Positions 40,686 to 51,336 of a stretch of 64,000 bases of DNA are shown piece by piece; position 1 is the first letter of the stretch; each line of letters begins with the position of its first letter. The stretch lies in contig NC_019977.1 of assembly GCF_000328665.1 (NCBI RefSeq), positions 124,001 to 188,000 of the forward strand. Reading direction: 5' to 3'. Origin of the DNA: Methanomethylovorans hollandica DSM 15978 (GTDB lineage Archaea; Halobacteriota; Methanosarcinia; Methanosarcinales; Methanosarcinaceae). Position numbers and translations under genes: made by a program. Below the pieces are notes generated by a model, which searched no databases, was not told the origin of the DNA, and saw nothing but the letters and a program-made list of their open reading frames with translations.

Positions 40686-42247
40686 GAGTCCCCCTCCCTG
40701 TTACGTTCAATAACATAGATCTTATCCCCTTCCCTGAAGTGCTGAAGCTTTTCTATATCAAGGATACGCCCTATGATATTTGTACTTATGAATTTCTCTC
40801 CGGTGGGTCCGAACAGATCATCGTCCTTTGTTTTAACTCCTACCATTCCCATACGTTTAGCTGCCTGGTTAGTGACACCTATCTCACCTGCAACGACTTT
40901 TTTCTGGGGTGTGTTCTCAGGTAGGATCTCTTTATACCTCTCTGCAGGTTTTTCGGCCTTGAAGATATAGGTATTCTCATACATCATTATTAAAGGCAAT
41001 ATTCCTATGGGTCTGAACTGCAAGCCAATAGCATGTCTGAAAAAGTCAAGGGTTATGGGTGCAACATCGTCGTATAACTCTATACTAACTATTTTTGAGC
41101 TGTCAACACCTGTAGCCTTTACAGTTCCTTCCTTCAGTATCTCAATGGTGGTGTCTGGCTCCTGGGCTACGATCAATGCCTCATCTGTGGTGTCCCCTTC
41201 CCTTACAAGTTTCACACCAAATGAAGCCATTTCCTCCTCAGCATCAAGGAAGCTCTTACCATGTAACATTATCTGTGGTGGTGTAGTGTGTACCAGAAGG
41301 CGATGTCCAACTTCTGCCATCTTTACCAGTTCCATACCCTGGTCCACGTGTCCGATAACCGAATGCAGAATACTGGCAGTTCTGTCTTCAGTTGAGATAA
41401 ATGCTTTTCCTGCTCCATACCCCACTGTGCGCAAAAATACGCTGCCTCTTGAGCGAGATTCATAGTTTTCATATGCTGGCAGCTCTCCAAGCAGCATGTG
41501 ATCTGCAATGAAAGAACTAGAAGCCATATCCACCTTGAAACTACCAGTTCTTATCAGTGCAAAAAAATGTTCAGCCCCAAGGGGTGATTCTGGCGACATT
41601 ACCACATCCAGATATGTGAACACTTTTTCTCCCTCTTCCAGGAGAGTCTCGAGGTCAGTAGTAAGCAGATGTTCACCTGTGTGTTTCCATGATAGTACCG
41701 GCTTCACTTCGATTATACTATCTTTCTTTTCCAAATTTTCCAGCACACTTTTTCCGCTGACTACTCTTCCAAAAGCTCCTTCCTGCGGAGCCCCATATTC
41801 AGCCGAATGCCTATCCTTGGTTATTATCATATGGGTATTGTGCGGATCTCCTCCTCCCGCTGCAAACAATACTTCATATTCTCTATATGTTCCAGTTTCT
41901 CTTTCAGGGATCATGTCACTTACAAAAGGGCCAAAAGCCACAGCATCCCTGCTGGACCATCGCAAAGGTATATCCTTATACTCATTAAATTGCTCTATCC
42001 ACTGCTTCCGGGAAGGGGAATGGTTTTCAAAGAGTTCTATCATGAACTCTCCGGAAGTGGTGATTATCCGATATTCCGCAACATTTTCTTCTTGTTCGAT
42101 ATCAGACTTTTTAAGTATTCCTACAGAAGTCCCTTTTTTATAAGGGGCGTCAGATGCCTTGATGGCATCCCCTAGAGTAGCCTTTTCAGGCAACCTTATT
42201 TTAATTCCGTTGATCTCTACGGTTATTCCATCATCCACATCTAACAC
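40682..42247 (-). CDS. mmp3: Methanogenesis marker protein 3 (cyclophilin-like)
   Basis: PENTP..GEIGVTNQA..FGPTGEKF..TNIIG. Confidence 0.9.
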   Translation of the reverse strand: MLDVDDGITVEINGIKIRLPEKATLGDAIKASDAPYKKGTSVGILKKSDIEQEENVAEYRIITTSGEFMIELFENHSPSRKQWIEQFNEYKDIPLRWSSRDAVAFGPFVSDMIPERETGTYREYEVLFAAGGGDPHNTHMIITKDRHSAEYGAPQEGAFGRVVSGKSVLENLEKKDSIIEVKPVLSWKHTGEHLLTTDLETLLEEGEKVFTYLDVVMSPESPLGAEHFFALIRTGSFKVDMASSSFIADHMLLGELPAYENYESRSRGSVFLRTVGYGAGKAFISTEDRTASILHSVIGHVDQGMELVKMAEVGHRLLVHTTPPQIMLHGKSFLDAEEEMASFGVKLVREGDTTDEALIVAQEPDTTIEILKEGTVKATGVDSSKIVSIELYDDVAPITLDFFRHAIGLQFRPIGILPLIMMYENTYIFKAEKPAERYKEILPENTPQKKVVAGEIGVTNQAAKRMGMVGVKTKDDDLFGPTGEKFISTNIIGRILDIEKLQHFREGDKIYVIERNREGDS

Positions 42248-42264
42248 CTCTTAATTCTTGGCCA

Positions 42265-43878
42265 TCAATCTGTGTCCGCTTCCACCCTTTCGGCCTCGGT
42301 GAGTTGTAAGATCACTTTCTTTGGTTCTCCTATATCCACAATCTCTCCATTTCTCATAAGGGCTACCCTGTCACATACCTCTTCCAAGAAGTCCATATCA
42401 TGGGATACGATTACAAATGTGTTCCCAAGCTCCTCCCGGGCCTTGAGAATGGACCTTGTGACATCTTTTTTAGTAATAGGATCCATCGTACCTGTTGGTT
42501 CATCCATCACTATTATGTTCGGTTCCTTCATCAGTATCTGAGCCAATGCTACCCTGTGTCTTTCTCCCTCACTAAGTTCGTCAGGCATTTTGGATAAGAT
42601 CGACTTTGCTTTTTCTTCTGTAAAACCGGTGGTTTTCAAAGTGATGATAGCCTTTCGCACTGCAAGTTCATAGGGCAGGTCAATACCAATGGATTCTGTG
42701 AGGTTATCTATAATATTGCGGTGTGTATAAAGACTGTATTCCTGGTGTAATATGCCCATGTATTGGAGTGCACGCCCTCTGCATTCAGGTCCAGGCTTCT
42801 TCATATCTATCCATTCATCACCTACTCGGGTAACTACCTCGCCGCTCGTGGGCTGTACAATTCCCATGAGGATTTCGGAAGTAGTGGTCTTTCCAGCACC
42901 ACTGACCCCTGCAAGACCGAATATCTCACTTTCTCTCACTTCAAAGGAGATATCACTAACAGCGTTTACAACTCCTCTAGTAACCGATATATACTTCTTT
43001 CGAAGATTTTGTACTTTTATTATAGGGTCACCAATGGCAATGTCCGGCTTCTTCTCTATTGCACATGCCATTCCAGTGAATGCCTTTGCCATTTCGCAGG
43101 GGTCTCCTTCATTGATTATAGCTCCATCCTCAAGAATTATTGCCCTGTCAGCAATACTTTCAACAACTTCAGACCAATGAGAGGTTATGACCATAGTCAT
43201 ATTGTAATCCTTGACAGACCTTTCGATTACATCATGTACTATCTTTGCAGTCCTGGGATCAAGAGTGCCGGTAGGTTCATCTGCAAGTAGCAGCATTGGA
43301 TTTCTCACAAGCTGGCGGGCCAGTACAACTCTCTGTTTCTCACCACCACTCAGGTCTCGTGCCACATGCATCATACGGTGGGATAATTGCACTTTTTCCA
43401 GCAGCTCCATCGCCTTTGAGATTGCCTCTTCATCCTGCTCTCCTATTTCGGTAAGAGAGTTTACTACATTTGTTATGACTCTTTCATCACCATACAGTGC
43501 AAAAGTGCGCTGCAGCATTATAGCTATTCTCTTGGTAATATCTCTTCTTTTATGGTCATGAATTGCCATCTCTATGAAATCAGCATCAAAAGATAGTAAT
43601 TTCTCCCCCGGACATCCTGGACATTCATATCCTGTCTTACTTGGGGGTTCGATATGGCCGCACTTTTCACACCTTGCAAGATGATATATTACCTGTCCGC
43701 TGATACTTTCGTATTCTTCCACCCCGCGAAGTACGTGCATCAGAACAGTTTTGCCTGCTCCGCTTCGACCCAATATACCGATGACCTCTCCTTCATTTAT
43801 AGTAAGGTTGATGTCCTTCAGAACTTTAAAGCCGTCAAAATCCACATTAAGGTTTTTTACCTCGATGAACGCTGCCAT
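42265..43878 (-). CDS. atwA: Methyl-coenzyme M reductase system component A2 (dual ABC ATPase)
   Basis: Two NBDs (GRSGAGKT, GVSGAGKTT), IAIMLQRTFALY, internal CEKC..CPGC. Confidence 0.95.
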   Translation of the reverse strand: MAAFIEVKNLNVDFDGFKVLKDINLTINEGEVIGILGRSGAGKTVLMHVLRGVEEYESISGQVIYHLARCEKCGHIEPPSKTGYECPGCPGEKLLSFDADFIEMAIHDHKRRDITKRIAIMLQRTFALYGDERVITNVVNSLTEIGEQDEEAISKAMELLEKVQLSHRMMHVARDLSGGEKQRVVLARQLVRNPMLLLADEPTGTLDPRTAKIVHDVIERSVKDYNMTMVITSHWSEVVESIADRAIILEDGAIINEGDPCEMAKAFTGMACAIEKKPDIAIGDPIIKVQNLRKKYISVTRGVVNAVSDISFEVRESEIFGLAGVSGAGKTTTSEILMGIVQPTSGEVVTRVGDEWIDMKKPGPECRGRALQYMGILHQEYSLYTHRNIIDNLTESIGIDLPYELAVRKAIITLKTTGFTEEKAKSILSKMPDELSEGERHRVALAQILMKEPNIIVMDEPTGTMDPITKKDVTRSILKAREELGNTFVIVSHDMDFLEEVCDRVALMRNGEIVDIGEPKKVILQLTEAERVEADTD

Positions 43879-44096
43879 TTATGTTCCTCCGTTTATGTGC
43901 CGGCCGGATTTTCTCTCGCTATGACTACCAATTCAAATTACTTAATGGTATTGTATGGTATGTACTAAACTGCTAACAACTTCTGCCGGACATTTATGAT
44001 TTGTTTTTATGTTCATTTTTTGTAGAGTATCATCTGCATTATGTTAAATTATACATAAACGTAACGCATATTGTTTTCACCGTTAACAATAAAAAG

Positions 44097-44927
44097 CTAT
44101 TCCCTTTTCTCATCTTTGTTCTGGAGCACCAGTGAATCCACAATATCTATAACCTCTATAATATTGTTAATCACAAGATCAGCTGCTTCCAGCAACCTTT
44201 GAGGGCGCTTATCGCCTTGCTGGACTGTAACTACTCCCAGGTCAGCAACTTTTAAGGCACGAATATCGTTCATGCCATCGCCTATCATCAATACAGTTTC
44301 ATATTTCTTTTTAAGGTCCAGTACAATATTGGCCTTGTCATCTGTAGTGGCCAAACAGAACACATTTTCAAGAGGGATACAGAGTTTTTCAGCTACTCCT
44401 CTTAGTGAACGCATGGTATCCCCTGATGCAATATATGTGTCGATTCCTCTGCTATGCAAAAGCTCTATTGTTTTTGGAGCATTTGAATACAATTTTCCTG
44501 CTGTGCTCAGCACATATGGAATGGAGTATGCCTCTCTATCTACTATCAGACCTGCTGCAATGTAGTACACCTCAGGGCAACTTCTATGTGCCCAAGTTAG
44601 GACTTCTATCACATCTCCAACAACGATCTTTTGTTCATTTATTATTGATGCAGCTTCCTTTATGCTTACTGGTCCACTGGAACAACTTATGTCAATTTTT
44701 AATCCATTGTCAGCTATGAAACTTTTAAGTTCTTTCGTGGGGTCTGTTTTCTCTATCAAAGATGGTTCAGCATGCATAACTACAAGAGCTCTTCCAGGCT
44801 GTTCTGCTACCAGCATGATACTTTCGATACCTTCCAGAATGTTTCCGGTTGCTATTTCTTTTGCAACACGATACATACGTAGCAGTGTTCCCGCACAATC
44901 GAATACCGCTGCCATCTTCTTTTGCAT
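44097..44927 (-). CDS. HAD-superfamily hydrolase (soluble P-type ATPase-like)
   Basis: VFDCAGTL, IASGD, MIGDGMND. Confidence 0.82.
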   Translation of the reverse strand: MQKKMAAVFDCAGTLLRMYRVAKEIATGNILEGIESIMLVAEQPGRALVVMHAEPSLIEKTDPTKELKSFIADNGLKIDISCSSGPVSIKEAASIINEQKIVVGDVIEVLTWAHRSCPEVYYIAAGLIVDREAYSIPYVLSTAGKLYSNAPKTIELLHSRGIDTYIASGDTMRSLRGVAEKLCIPLENVFCLATTDDKANIVLDLKKKYETVLMIGDGMNDIRALKVADLGVVTVQQGDKRPQRLLEAADLVINNIIEVIDIVDSLVLQNKDEKRE

Positions 44928-45007
44928 AGCGTTGCTTTGTTCCTCCTTGTATTTATCGTTATGTAGATCGTGTCTGCATTCAATTAACTATTTGTATTGT
45001 GTAATGT

Positions 45008-45754
45008 ATGTTTATATGGTTCCCAATGTTCCAAAAATTTCCTGCTATCATCGGGTATTTATTTTTTGTTTGCTTTCTCAGTCCATTGACATTCCAGGGC
45101 GTCTATGCAATGGAAGATGATACCTATCCAGCACTAAATACAAATCCCTGGGGACACTCTCCTATCACAGTATACATCGACACAATCAATGTTCCGGAAC
45201 ATTACAGTCCCACATATAACGAGCAGGTTGAGGTTGCCATGGCATACTGGGAAAAAGGCGGGAATGGACGTCTTGCGTATAATCCGGAATTCAGTCCGGT
45301 TGATTCTGGAAGTGAAGCCGATATCTACATTATATGGGTAGAGAATCTGGAAAAGGATGCTGGTGTTGAGAATGGTGTTGCAGGCTTTGCAAGACCTCAT
45401 GAAGTAAATGGGAAGTATGTGCGAGTGGACATTGTCATGGAGGTGGGCAATTACGAGGGTTATGCATGGAAGCAATATGGTAATACCAACATGCGCGAAC
45501 TGGCAAAGCATGAACTTGGTCATGCTCTTGGTCTTGGACACAGTAAAGACAGGCGTGATATCATGTACCCCACCTATGATCAAAAGGATAATATCGATCC
45601 GCTACTTGTGGAGAGGACCAGACCTTTCATATATGTTGCTGTTGCAGCTAGCATAATTCTTGTATCCTTTTCTGGCATCAACTGGTTACGCTATCGTAGA
45701 AAAAGGCGTTCTCTTGAAGGTAATTTACTGGAGGGCAAAGATGGAAGACCTTGA
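45008..45754 (+). CDS. Matrixin-family zinc metalloprotease, membrane anchored
   Basis: HELGHALGLGH plus DIMYP Met-turn; signal peptide and C-terminal TM. Confidence 0.88.
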   Translation: MFIWFPMFQKFPAIIGYLFFVCFLSPLTFQGVYAMEDDTYPALNTNPWGHSPITVYIDTINVPEHYSPTYNEQVEVAMAYWEKGGNGRLAYNPEFSPVDSGSEADIYIIWVENLEKDAGVENGVAGFARPHEVNGKYVRVDIVMEVGNYEGYAWKQYGNTNMRELAKHELGHALGLGHSKDRRDIMYPTYDQKDNIDPLLVERTRPFIYVAVAASIILVSFSGINWLRYRRKRRSLEGNLLEGKDGRP

Positions 45755-46103
45755 ACGTTTGTGCCAGGAGATCTTACGATATCTTAAAGGTGAACAGGTA
45801 AATTTTTTATGGTGTCAAGTGAACCTTTCCGATTTCTCTGATTTTGAGAGGGATGTGCTTGAGCATACAAGGAAGATACCATATGGTCATACAGTGACAT
45901 ATGGTGAACTGGCTGTGCAAATTGGGAGGAAAGGAGCTTCCAGGGCAGTGGGCAGTGCTCTTTCAAAGAATCCCTATCCTATAATTATCCCATGCCACAG
46001 GGTAGTTTCAAGTAAAGGCATGGGAGGTTTTTGTGGAAGTAAGGATACTCAAAGTTTGTCTTTGAAACGCAAACTCCTGGAACTTGAAGGAGTTAATATC
46101 TAA
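45741..46103 (+). CDS. ogt: Methylated-DNA-[protein]-cysteine S-methyltransferase
   Basis: IPYGHTVTYGELA, RAVG, IIPCHRVV; start set to ATG 45741 after GGAGG. Confidence 0.9.
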   Translation: MEDLERLCQEILRYLKGEQVNFLWCQVNLSDFSDFERDVLEHTRKIPYGHTVTYGELAVQIGRKGASRAVGSALSKNPYPIIIPCHRVVSSKGMGGFCGSKDTQSLSLKRKLLELEGVNI

Positions 46104-46109
46104 ATAAAG

Positions 46110-47825
46110 GTGAAAAATATGTTCGGCTGGACTGGAAGGACTATAATTGTTGACCTAAGTTCCCATGCGATCACTGAGTCAAGAACAGGTGCAAAGCAAG
46201 CAAAGGAATATCTGGGAGGCCGGGGCTTTGGAATTAAGCTGATGCATGAATTTGTTGATCCAGGTGTGGACCCCTTGTCACCTGAGAATTGTTTGGTGTT
46301 TGCAACAGGTCCTTTGACGGGTACTGCAGCTCCTATGTCTGGACATTATTCACTTATCACAAAATCCCCTCTTACCCATACAATATTTGACTCCAATGCA
46401 GGGGGATATTTCGGGAAGGCGATGAAGTATGCAGGTATTGATGCTCTGATAATTACTGGCAGGTCTGAGATGCCTGTCTATCTCTCTATCTATGATGAAG
46501 ATGTAGAGCTCATAGCCGCTGACCATCTATGGGGAAAGGACACCAGAGAAACCACTTTAATATTGAAGGAAAAAGGCAGTGTGGCATGTATAGGCAGAGC
46601 AGGTGAAAATAAAGTACGCTTTGCAAACTTTGTGAATGACAATGTTTTTTTAAGTGGAAGAGGTGGTCATGGGGCTGTAGCAGGCTCCAAGAACCTGAAA
46701 GCTGTAGTCGTAAAAGGTACAAACGATCCTCTTATAGCACAGCCTGAATCCTTTGAACAGGCTACATTAAGTGCCCAGAGGTTGCTGCAGGCAAATCCTG
46801 TAACTTCCAAAGGCCTATCTGTATATGGTACCTCTTTTATGGTCAATGTCCTGGACAATCTTGATATCCTTCCTTCCCTGAATTTCAGGGAACAGAAGTT
46901 TCAGCATGCTGACAAAATTTCGGCAGAAAAGATCTCCTCATCTTATACAAGTAATAAAACCCCATGTTCTAGTTGTCCACTTGGATGCAGAAGAGTTCTT
47001 GAAAACGGAGCTCCATTGCCTGATTATGGTGCTTTATGGGCATTTGGTCCGGCTGTGGGGAATAATGATCTCAGGTCCATCGTGCTGGCTAACGATCTTT
47101 GTTATGCTGATGGTCTGGACCCGATCTCCTGTGGAGCTACTATTGCCTCTTATCTTGAAATGTCAGGTCAGGAGGTCACTCCCGCATTGCTGTTGGAAAA
47201 AGTGTCTGAGACATCACAGGGTCGCAGTTCACTTAGTGCAGGCTCTTTGTCTTATATGAATGAGCAGGGGGCAAAAGACCTTAGTATGAGTTCCAAAGGT
47301 CTGGAACTACCCGGCTATGATCCCAGGAACATGTCAGGTCTTGCTCTTGCATATGCTACTTCTAACAGAGGAGCATGCCATATGAATGCATTTATGGTGG
47401 GTCCGGAGTTATTGGGTAAACCAGTGGAACTTGATAGGTTCGTATTGCAGGGCAAACCAGGGTTTGTTAAGTTTTTCCAGGACTTTGCAGCAGCTCTTGA
47501 CTCTGTTGTCATGTGCCCGTTTGTAAGTTTCTCTCTAAGCGAAGGAGATATTGCCTCCCTTGTCAGTGCTGTAACAGGAGTATCATATTCTTCCGAGGGC
47601 TTGCTAAGGGTGGGTGAGAGGATATGGAATCTTGAAAGATTGTTCAATCTTAAGGCTGGTTTAACCTGTGATGACGATACCTTGCCCAAAAGGATGTTTT
47701 CAAATGGTGGTATTTCTGAAGGAGAATTTAAAAAAGCTATGGATGAGTATTACCGATTCAGGGGGTGGGATGGTCTTGGAGTTCCAACTCCAGGCAAGCT
47801 TGAACAACTTGGAATAACATTTTAG
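46110..47825 (+). CDS. Aldehyde:ferredoxin oxidoreductase family (W/Mo-pterin)
   Basis: LGGRG, KSPLT, GRGGHGAVAGSKNLKA, CSSCPLGC, RGACH, DDTLPKR. Confidence 0.9.
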   Translation: MKNMFGWTGRTIIVDLSSHAITESRTGAKQAKEYLGGRGFGIKLMHEFVDPGVDPLSPENCLVFATGPLTGTAAPMSGHYSLITKSPLTHTIFDSNAGGYFGKAMKYAGIDALIITGRSEMPVYLSIYDEDVELIAADHLWGKDTRETTLILKEKGSVACIGRAGENKVRFANFVNDNVFLSGRGGHGAVAGSKNLKAVVVKGTNDPLIAQPESFEQATLSAQRLLQANPVTSKGLSVYGTSFMVNVLDNLDILPSLNFREQKFQHADKISAEKISSSYTSNKTPCSSCPLGCRRVLENGAPLPDYGALWAFGPAVGNNDLRSIVLANDLCYADGLDPISCGATIASYLEMSGQEVTPALLLEKVSETSQGRSSLSAGSLSYMNEQGAKDLSMSSKGLELPGYDPRNMSGLALAYATSNRGACHMNAFMVGPELLGKPVELDRFVLQGKPGFVKFFQDFAAALDSVVMCPFVSFSLSEGDIASLVSAVTGVSYSSEGLLRVGERIWNLERLFNLKAGLTCDDDTLPKRMFSNGGISEGEFKKAMDEYYRFRGWDGLGVPTPGKLEQLGITF

Positions 47826-47994
47826 TATGGGTATTAGTTGATCAGTGGCAGTGAATCTTCTAACTATTGGTCTTTCTATTATATCGAATATATGCCTCTT
47901 ATATAGATAACTTGATATATGGAATGGTAAATTACTACCTGTCATATTCAACAATTGATCGCTTATTTAACAGACCGTTCCGGAGAATTCATAC

Positions 47995-48378
47995 ATGAAA
48001 CAGCAAGTAGAGGTTAAAGAACTTAAAGAGGGTAAATACGTTTTAATCGATGAAGAGCCCTGTGTCATTAAGAGCATTTCTAAATCAAAGCCAGGAAAGC
48101 ATGGTTCAGCAAAAGCAAGAGTCGATGCCATTGGAATTTTTGATAATCAGAAAAGGTCTATTGTGGGGCCTGTATCGGACAAAATATATGTTCCTCTGGT
48201 CGAGAGAAAGAACGCTCAGGTAATTACCATAACAGGTGATGTTGCCCAGCTTATGGACATGGCTGACTACTCGACCTTTGAGCTTCCCATACCCGAAGAG
48301 TACAAGGAAAGGGTAAAGGAAGGGGAAGAGATCAGCTACCTTACGGCTATGGGTAAGATGAAGGTCGATATGAGGTAA
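47995..48378 (+). CDS. eif5a: Translation initiation factor 5A (aIF5A)
   Basis: SKPGKHGSAK hypusine motif. Confidence 0.96.
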   Translation: MKQQVEVKELKEGKYVLIDEEPCVIKSISKSKPGKHGSAKARVDAIGIFDNQKRSIVGPVSDKIYVPLVERKNAQVITITGDVAQLMDMADYSTFELPIPEEYKERVKEGEEISYLTAMGKMKVDMR

Positions 48379-48428
48379 ATCTATAACCTCATATTTTACA
48401 AATACAAGTGTATACTTTATTCTGGTAA

Positions 48429-49298
48429 ATGTTCCACGATCTTTGTATGATGGATTCACTGGCAGATTATGACTCTGCCAGATATGTTCTCTTTGGTGTC
48501 CCCTTTGATGGCACCTCATCTTTCCGAGCGGGCAGCAGGTGGGCTCCGGATGCTATGCGCAAGTCATCTCCTAATTTTGAGACCTATAATGCATACTTCG
48601 ACATAGATTTTGAGGATCTGCTGATCCATGATGCAGGCAACTTCGAGCCATATTCGGATGTTGAGAGGACCCTCGAAGAACTTTTCTTCGCAGTGGAGCC
48701 AATTGTAAAGGATGGGAAACTCCCCATAATGATGGGTGGAGAACACTCTCTCACATATCCCTGTGTGAAGGCATGTGCAAAACATGCTGGCGAAGATATT
48801 GGTTTTGTGGTGATGGATGCTCATTTCGACCTGCGTGAAGAATACAGCGGTGTGAAATTCAATCATGCATGTGTTTCCAGGCATGTACTCAATGACATCA
48901 CTGACAGGTATGTGACCATTGGTGTGCGCAGCGGTCCCAGAGAAGAATGGGATTTCGCAAAAGATCATGGCATCTGCTACTATACTTCTGATACTGTAAG
49001 AGAAAAAGGTGTTAAAGCAGTTCTTGCAGAAGCACTTGAGCACCTTGAATGTGATAAGATTTACCTATCTCTTGACATGGATGCATTGGACCCATCCTTT
49101 GCCCCGGGTTTAGGAACTCCCGAACCATTCGGGCTGACGGATATAGAGGTTAGGGATATCATACGTGTTCTTGCTCCTATGTCCATTGGGTTTGATGTAG
49201 TCGAGATTTCTCCGGAATACGATGGTGGGCAAACTGCCCTCTTGGGTACGAAGCTTTTACGTGAGTTCATTGCAGCACATGCTGCAGCACACAGATGA
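48429..49298 (+). CDS. speB: Agmatinase
   Basis: GGEHS, DAHFD, SLDMDALDP..PGLGTPEP. Confidence 0.92.
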   Translation: MFHDLCMMDSLADYDSARYVLFGVPFDGTSSFRAGSRWAPDAMRKSSPNFETYNAYFDIDFEDLLIHDAGNFEPYSDVERTLEELFFAVEPIVKDGKLPIMMGGEHSLTYPCVKACAKHAGEDIGFVVMDAHFDLREEYSGVKFNHACVSRHVLNDITDRYVTIGVRSGPREEWDFAKDHGICYYTSDTVREKGVKAVLAEALEHLECDKIYLSLDMDALDPSFAPGLGTPEPFGLTDIEVRDIIRVLAPMSIGFDVVEISPEYDGGQTALLGTKLLREFIAAHAAAHR

Positions 49299-49465
49299 GA
49301 ATTGATTCAATTTGGACCAACAATAGAACTTTTCTCCTTTTTTACGTATCCATCATCATCCAATAACTATTCATATTCGATGAATCCGGTATGTAACACT
49401 TGACTGCATTGTATGGGTATCTGGGGGTAAAATATTTACTCTCTCCTGTCATAAGTAGATAGATT

Positions 49466-50116
49466 ATGAACGAAGAAGTCGAAGTTGTGTGTCCATCATG
49501 CTCTCCACGTCATACGGTGCTGCATGAGGTTCTTAAATCAGGTGTTAATCCTGTAGTAAAATGTTTAGAATGCGGCAGAGTTCACCCTACAGTAATAGAA
49601 ACTCCCAAGAACATTGGCATTAAGGTTATTGTAAGCAGAGGTGAAGCTTCTTTTCCCCTGCATACTTACATGCAGGAGAACGAGATAATTAGCGTTGGTG
49701 ATGAGATGTTCATCGATGACGAATCTTCAGATGAGGTCTATCCAGTTGTAATAACGGCGATCGAATCTGGTCAAAAAAGGCCAGACACCGCCAAAGTCGC
49801 AGACATTAATTATCTATGGGGCAGGGCCATAGATGAGGTGTGCGTAAAGATAGCTATTCATGAAGGTACCACTACAAGATCGGTGATAAAGCAGGTTCCT
49901 GGAGGTTACCAGTTCACAATTGGTTCGACTGAAAAGGCTGGCACCGATGAGTTCACGATCATAAAGATCAAGGAAAGAGATGGCAGTTTTAGATCCCGTG
50001 ATGGTATCGTCATAGAAGCCAAGAATATAAAACGTATCTTTGCAAACCCTGTCCATAGAAGAACATGGGGGAGTGGTACTTCGTGGAGTTCTCGAAGAAG
50101 AGGGCAGAGCTGGTAG
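49466..50116 (+). CDS. Archaeal zinc-finger protein (HVO_0476-like)
   Basis: CPSC..HEVLK..CLEC..H. Confidence 0.78.
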   Translation: MNEEVEVVCPSCSPRHTVLHEVLKSGVNPVVKCLECGRVHPTVIETPKNIGIKVIVSRGEASFPLHTYMQENEIISVGDEMFIDDESSDEVYPVVITAIESGQKRPDTAKVADINYLWGRAIDEVCVKIAIHEGTTTRSVIKQVPGGYQFTIGSTEKAGTDEFTIIKIKERDGSFRSRDGIVIEAKNIKRIFANPVHRRTWGSGTSWSSRRRGQSW

Positions 50117-50751
50117 CTCGCCTGAAGGTCCGTGGTGTAAGTGAAAAAGTTCTCAGGGCAATGACAAATGTGCCCAGACATCTTTTTGTTCCCTCTGTGC
50201 ACATGTCAAGTGCTTATGTGGATACACCTCTTAATATCGGGCATGGTCAAACCATATCTGCTCCTCATATGGTAGCTATTATGTGTGATCTGCTTGATCT
50301 TCAGGAGGGCCACAAAGTCCTGGAAGTGGGTGCAGGTTCGGGGTATAATGCTGCAGTTATGGCTGAACTCATAGGAAATACTGGTATAGTATATTCTACT
50401 GAAAGGATACCAGAGCTGGTCGGATCATCAAAAAATAATATAAAGGCAGCTGGCTATCGTAACATAGAGGTTTTTCTTTCCGATGGATCTATAGGGCTAC
50501 CAGAACACGCTCCCTATGACAGGATATGCGTGACCGCATCAGCACCCTCCATTCCTCAACCTCTGGTGCAGCAGCTAAAAACAGGGGGGAGGATGGTTAT
50601 TCCGGTTGGAGATATGTTCCAGTCTCTTTATCTTGTTACAAGGGATAGTGATGGCACAGTGGTCACTAAAGAATGGGGTGGCGTAGTTTTTGTTCCTCTA
50701 ATAGGGAAACATGGTTTCCATTTCGAGCAGAAACCTTATAGACACCATTGA
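50065..50751 (+). CDS. pcm: Protein-L-isoaspartate O-methyltransferase
   Basis: [31 protein letters not shown]; start may be GTG near 50083. Confidence 0.94.
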   Translation: MGEWYFVEFSKKRAELVARLKVRGVSEKVLRAMTNVPRHLFVPSVHMSSAYVDTPLNIGHGQTISAPHMVAIMCDLLDLQEGHKVLEVGAGSGYNAAVMAELIGNTGIVYSTERIPELVGSSKNNIKAAGYRNIEVFLSDGSIGLPEHAPYDRICVTASAPSIPQPLVQQLKTGGRMVIPVGDMFQSLYLVTRDSDGTVVTKEWGGVVFVPLIGKHGFHFEQKPYRHH

Positions 50752-50833
50752 AGGTCCCATTTTTTGGAATAGGTCATCATTCATGATGATATATGTCATA
50801 TAATAGTTGATAATATAGGGAAGTGTTCTATTC

Positions 50834-51289
50834 ATGGCAAATGAGGAAGGTGTCAGAGAAGTATTTGTGAAGGGTATTTTCCTAGTAAATATGCTGGGTG
50901 GTACATCTCCTGCAGTATTGCTGGAGGATGAGGATGGTTTAGTAATACCCATTCATATAGGCCAGGCCGAAGCATTGTCGATTGATACGGTAATACGTAA
51001 TGAGACCCTTCCACGTCCTATCACTCATGATCTTCTGGTAGCTATTCTTGAGCGCATGGAAGTTAAAATTGACAGTGTGTTCATTGATGATAAAATCGAT
51101 AATATCTATTATGCCCGCCTGGTGCTAAACGATGGCGGAAAGCATATGGAATTTGATGCCCGTCCAAGCGATTGTATAGCCATAGCTTTGAGAACAGGTG
51201 CTCACATAATGATATCTGAAGATTTGATCATCAGTGATGCTGTGAGCAAGGACCTGCTCAAAGGGGCACGTTCTCTTTCTCTTTATTGA
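50834..51289 (+). CDS. Bifunctional nuclease family protein (DUF151)
   Basis: IPIHIG..EA, RPITHDL, DARPSDCIAIA. Confidence 0.88.
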   Translation: MANEEGVREVFVKGIFLVNMLGGTSPAVLLEDEDGLVIPIHIGQAEALSIDTVIRNETLPRPITHDLLVAILERMEVKIDSVFIDDKIDNIYYARLVLNDGGKHMEFDARPSDCIAIALRTGAHIMISEDLIISDAVSKDLLKGARSLSLY

Positions 51290-51336
51290 TAAAAAAGTTT
51301 AGAAAAACTTATATGGTGTCCAGTTGATGCTTCTAT

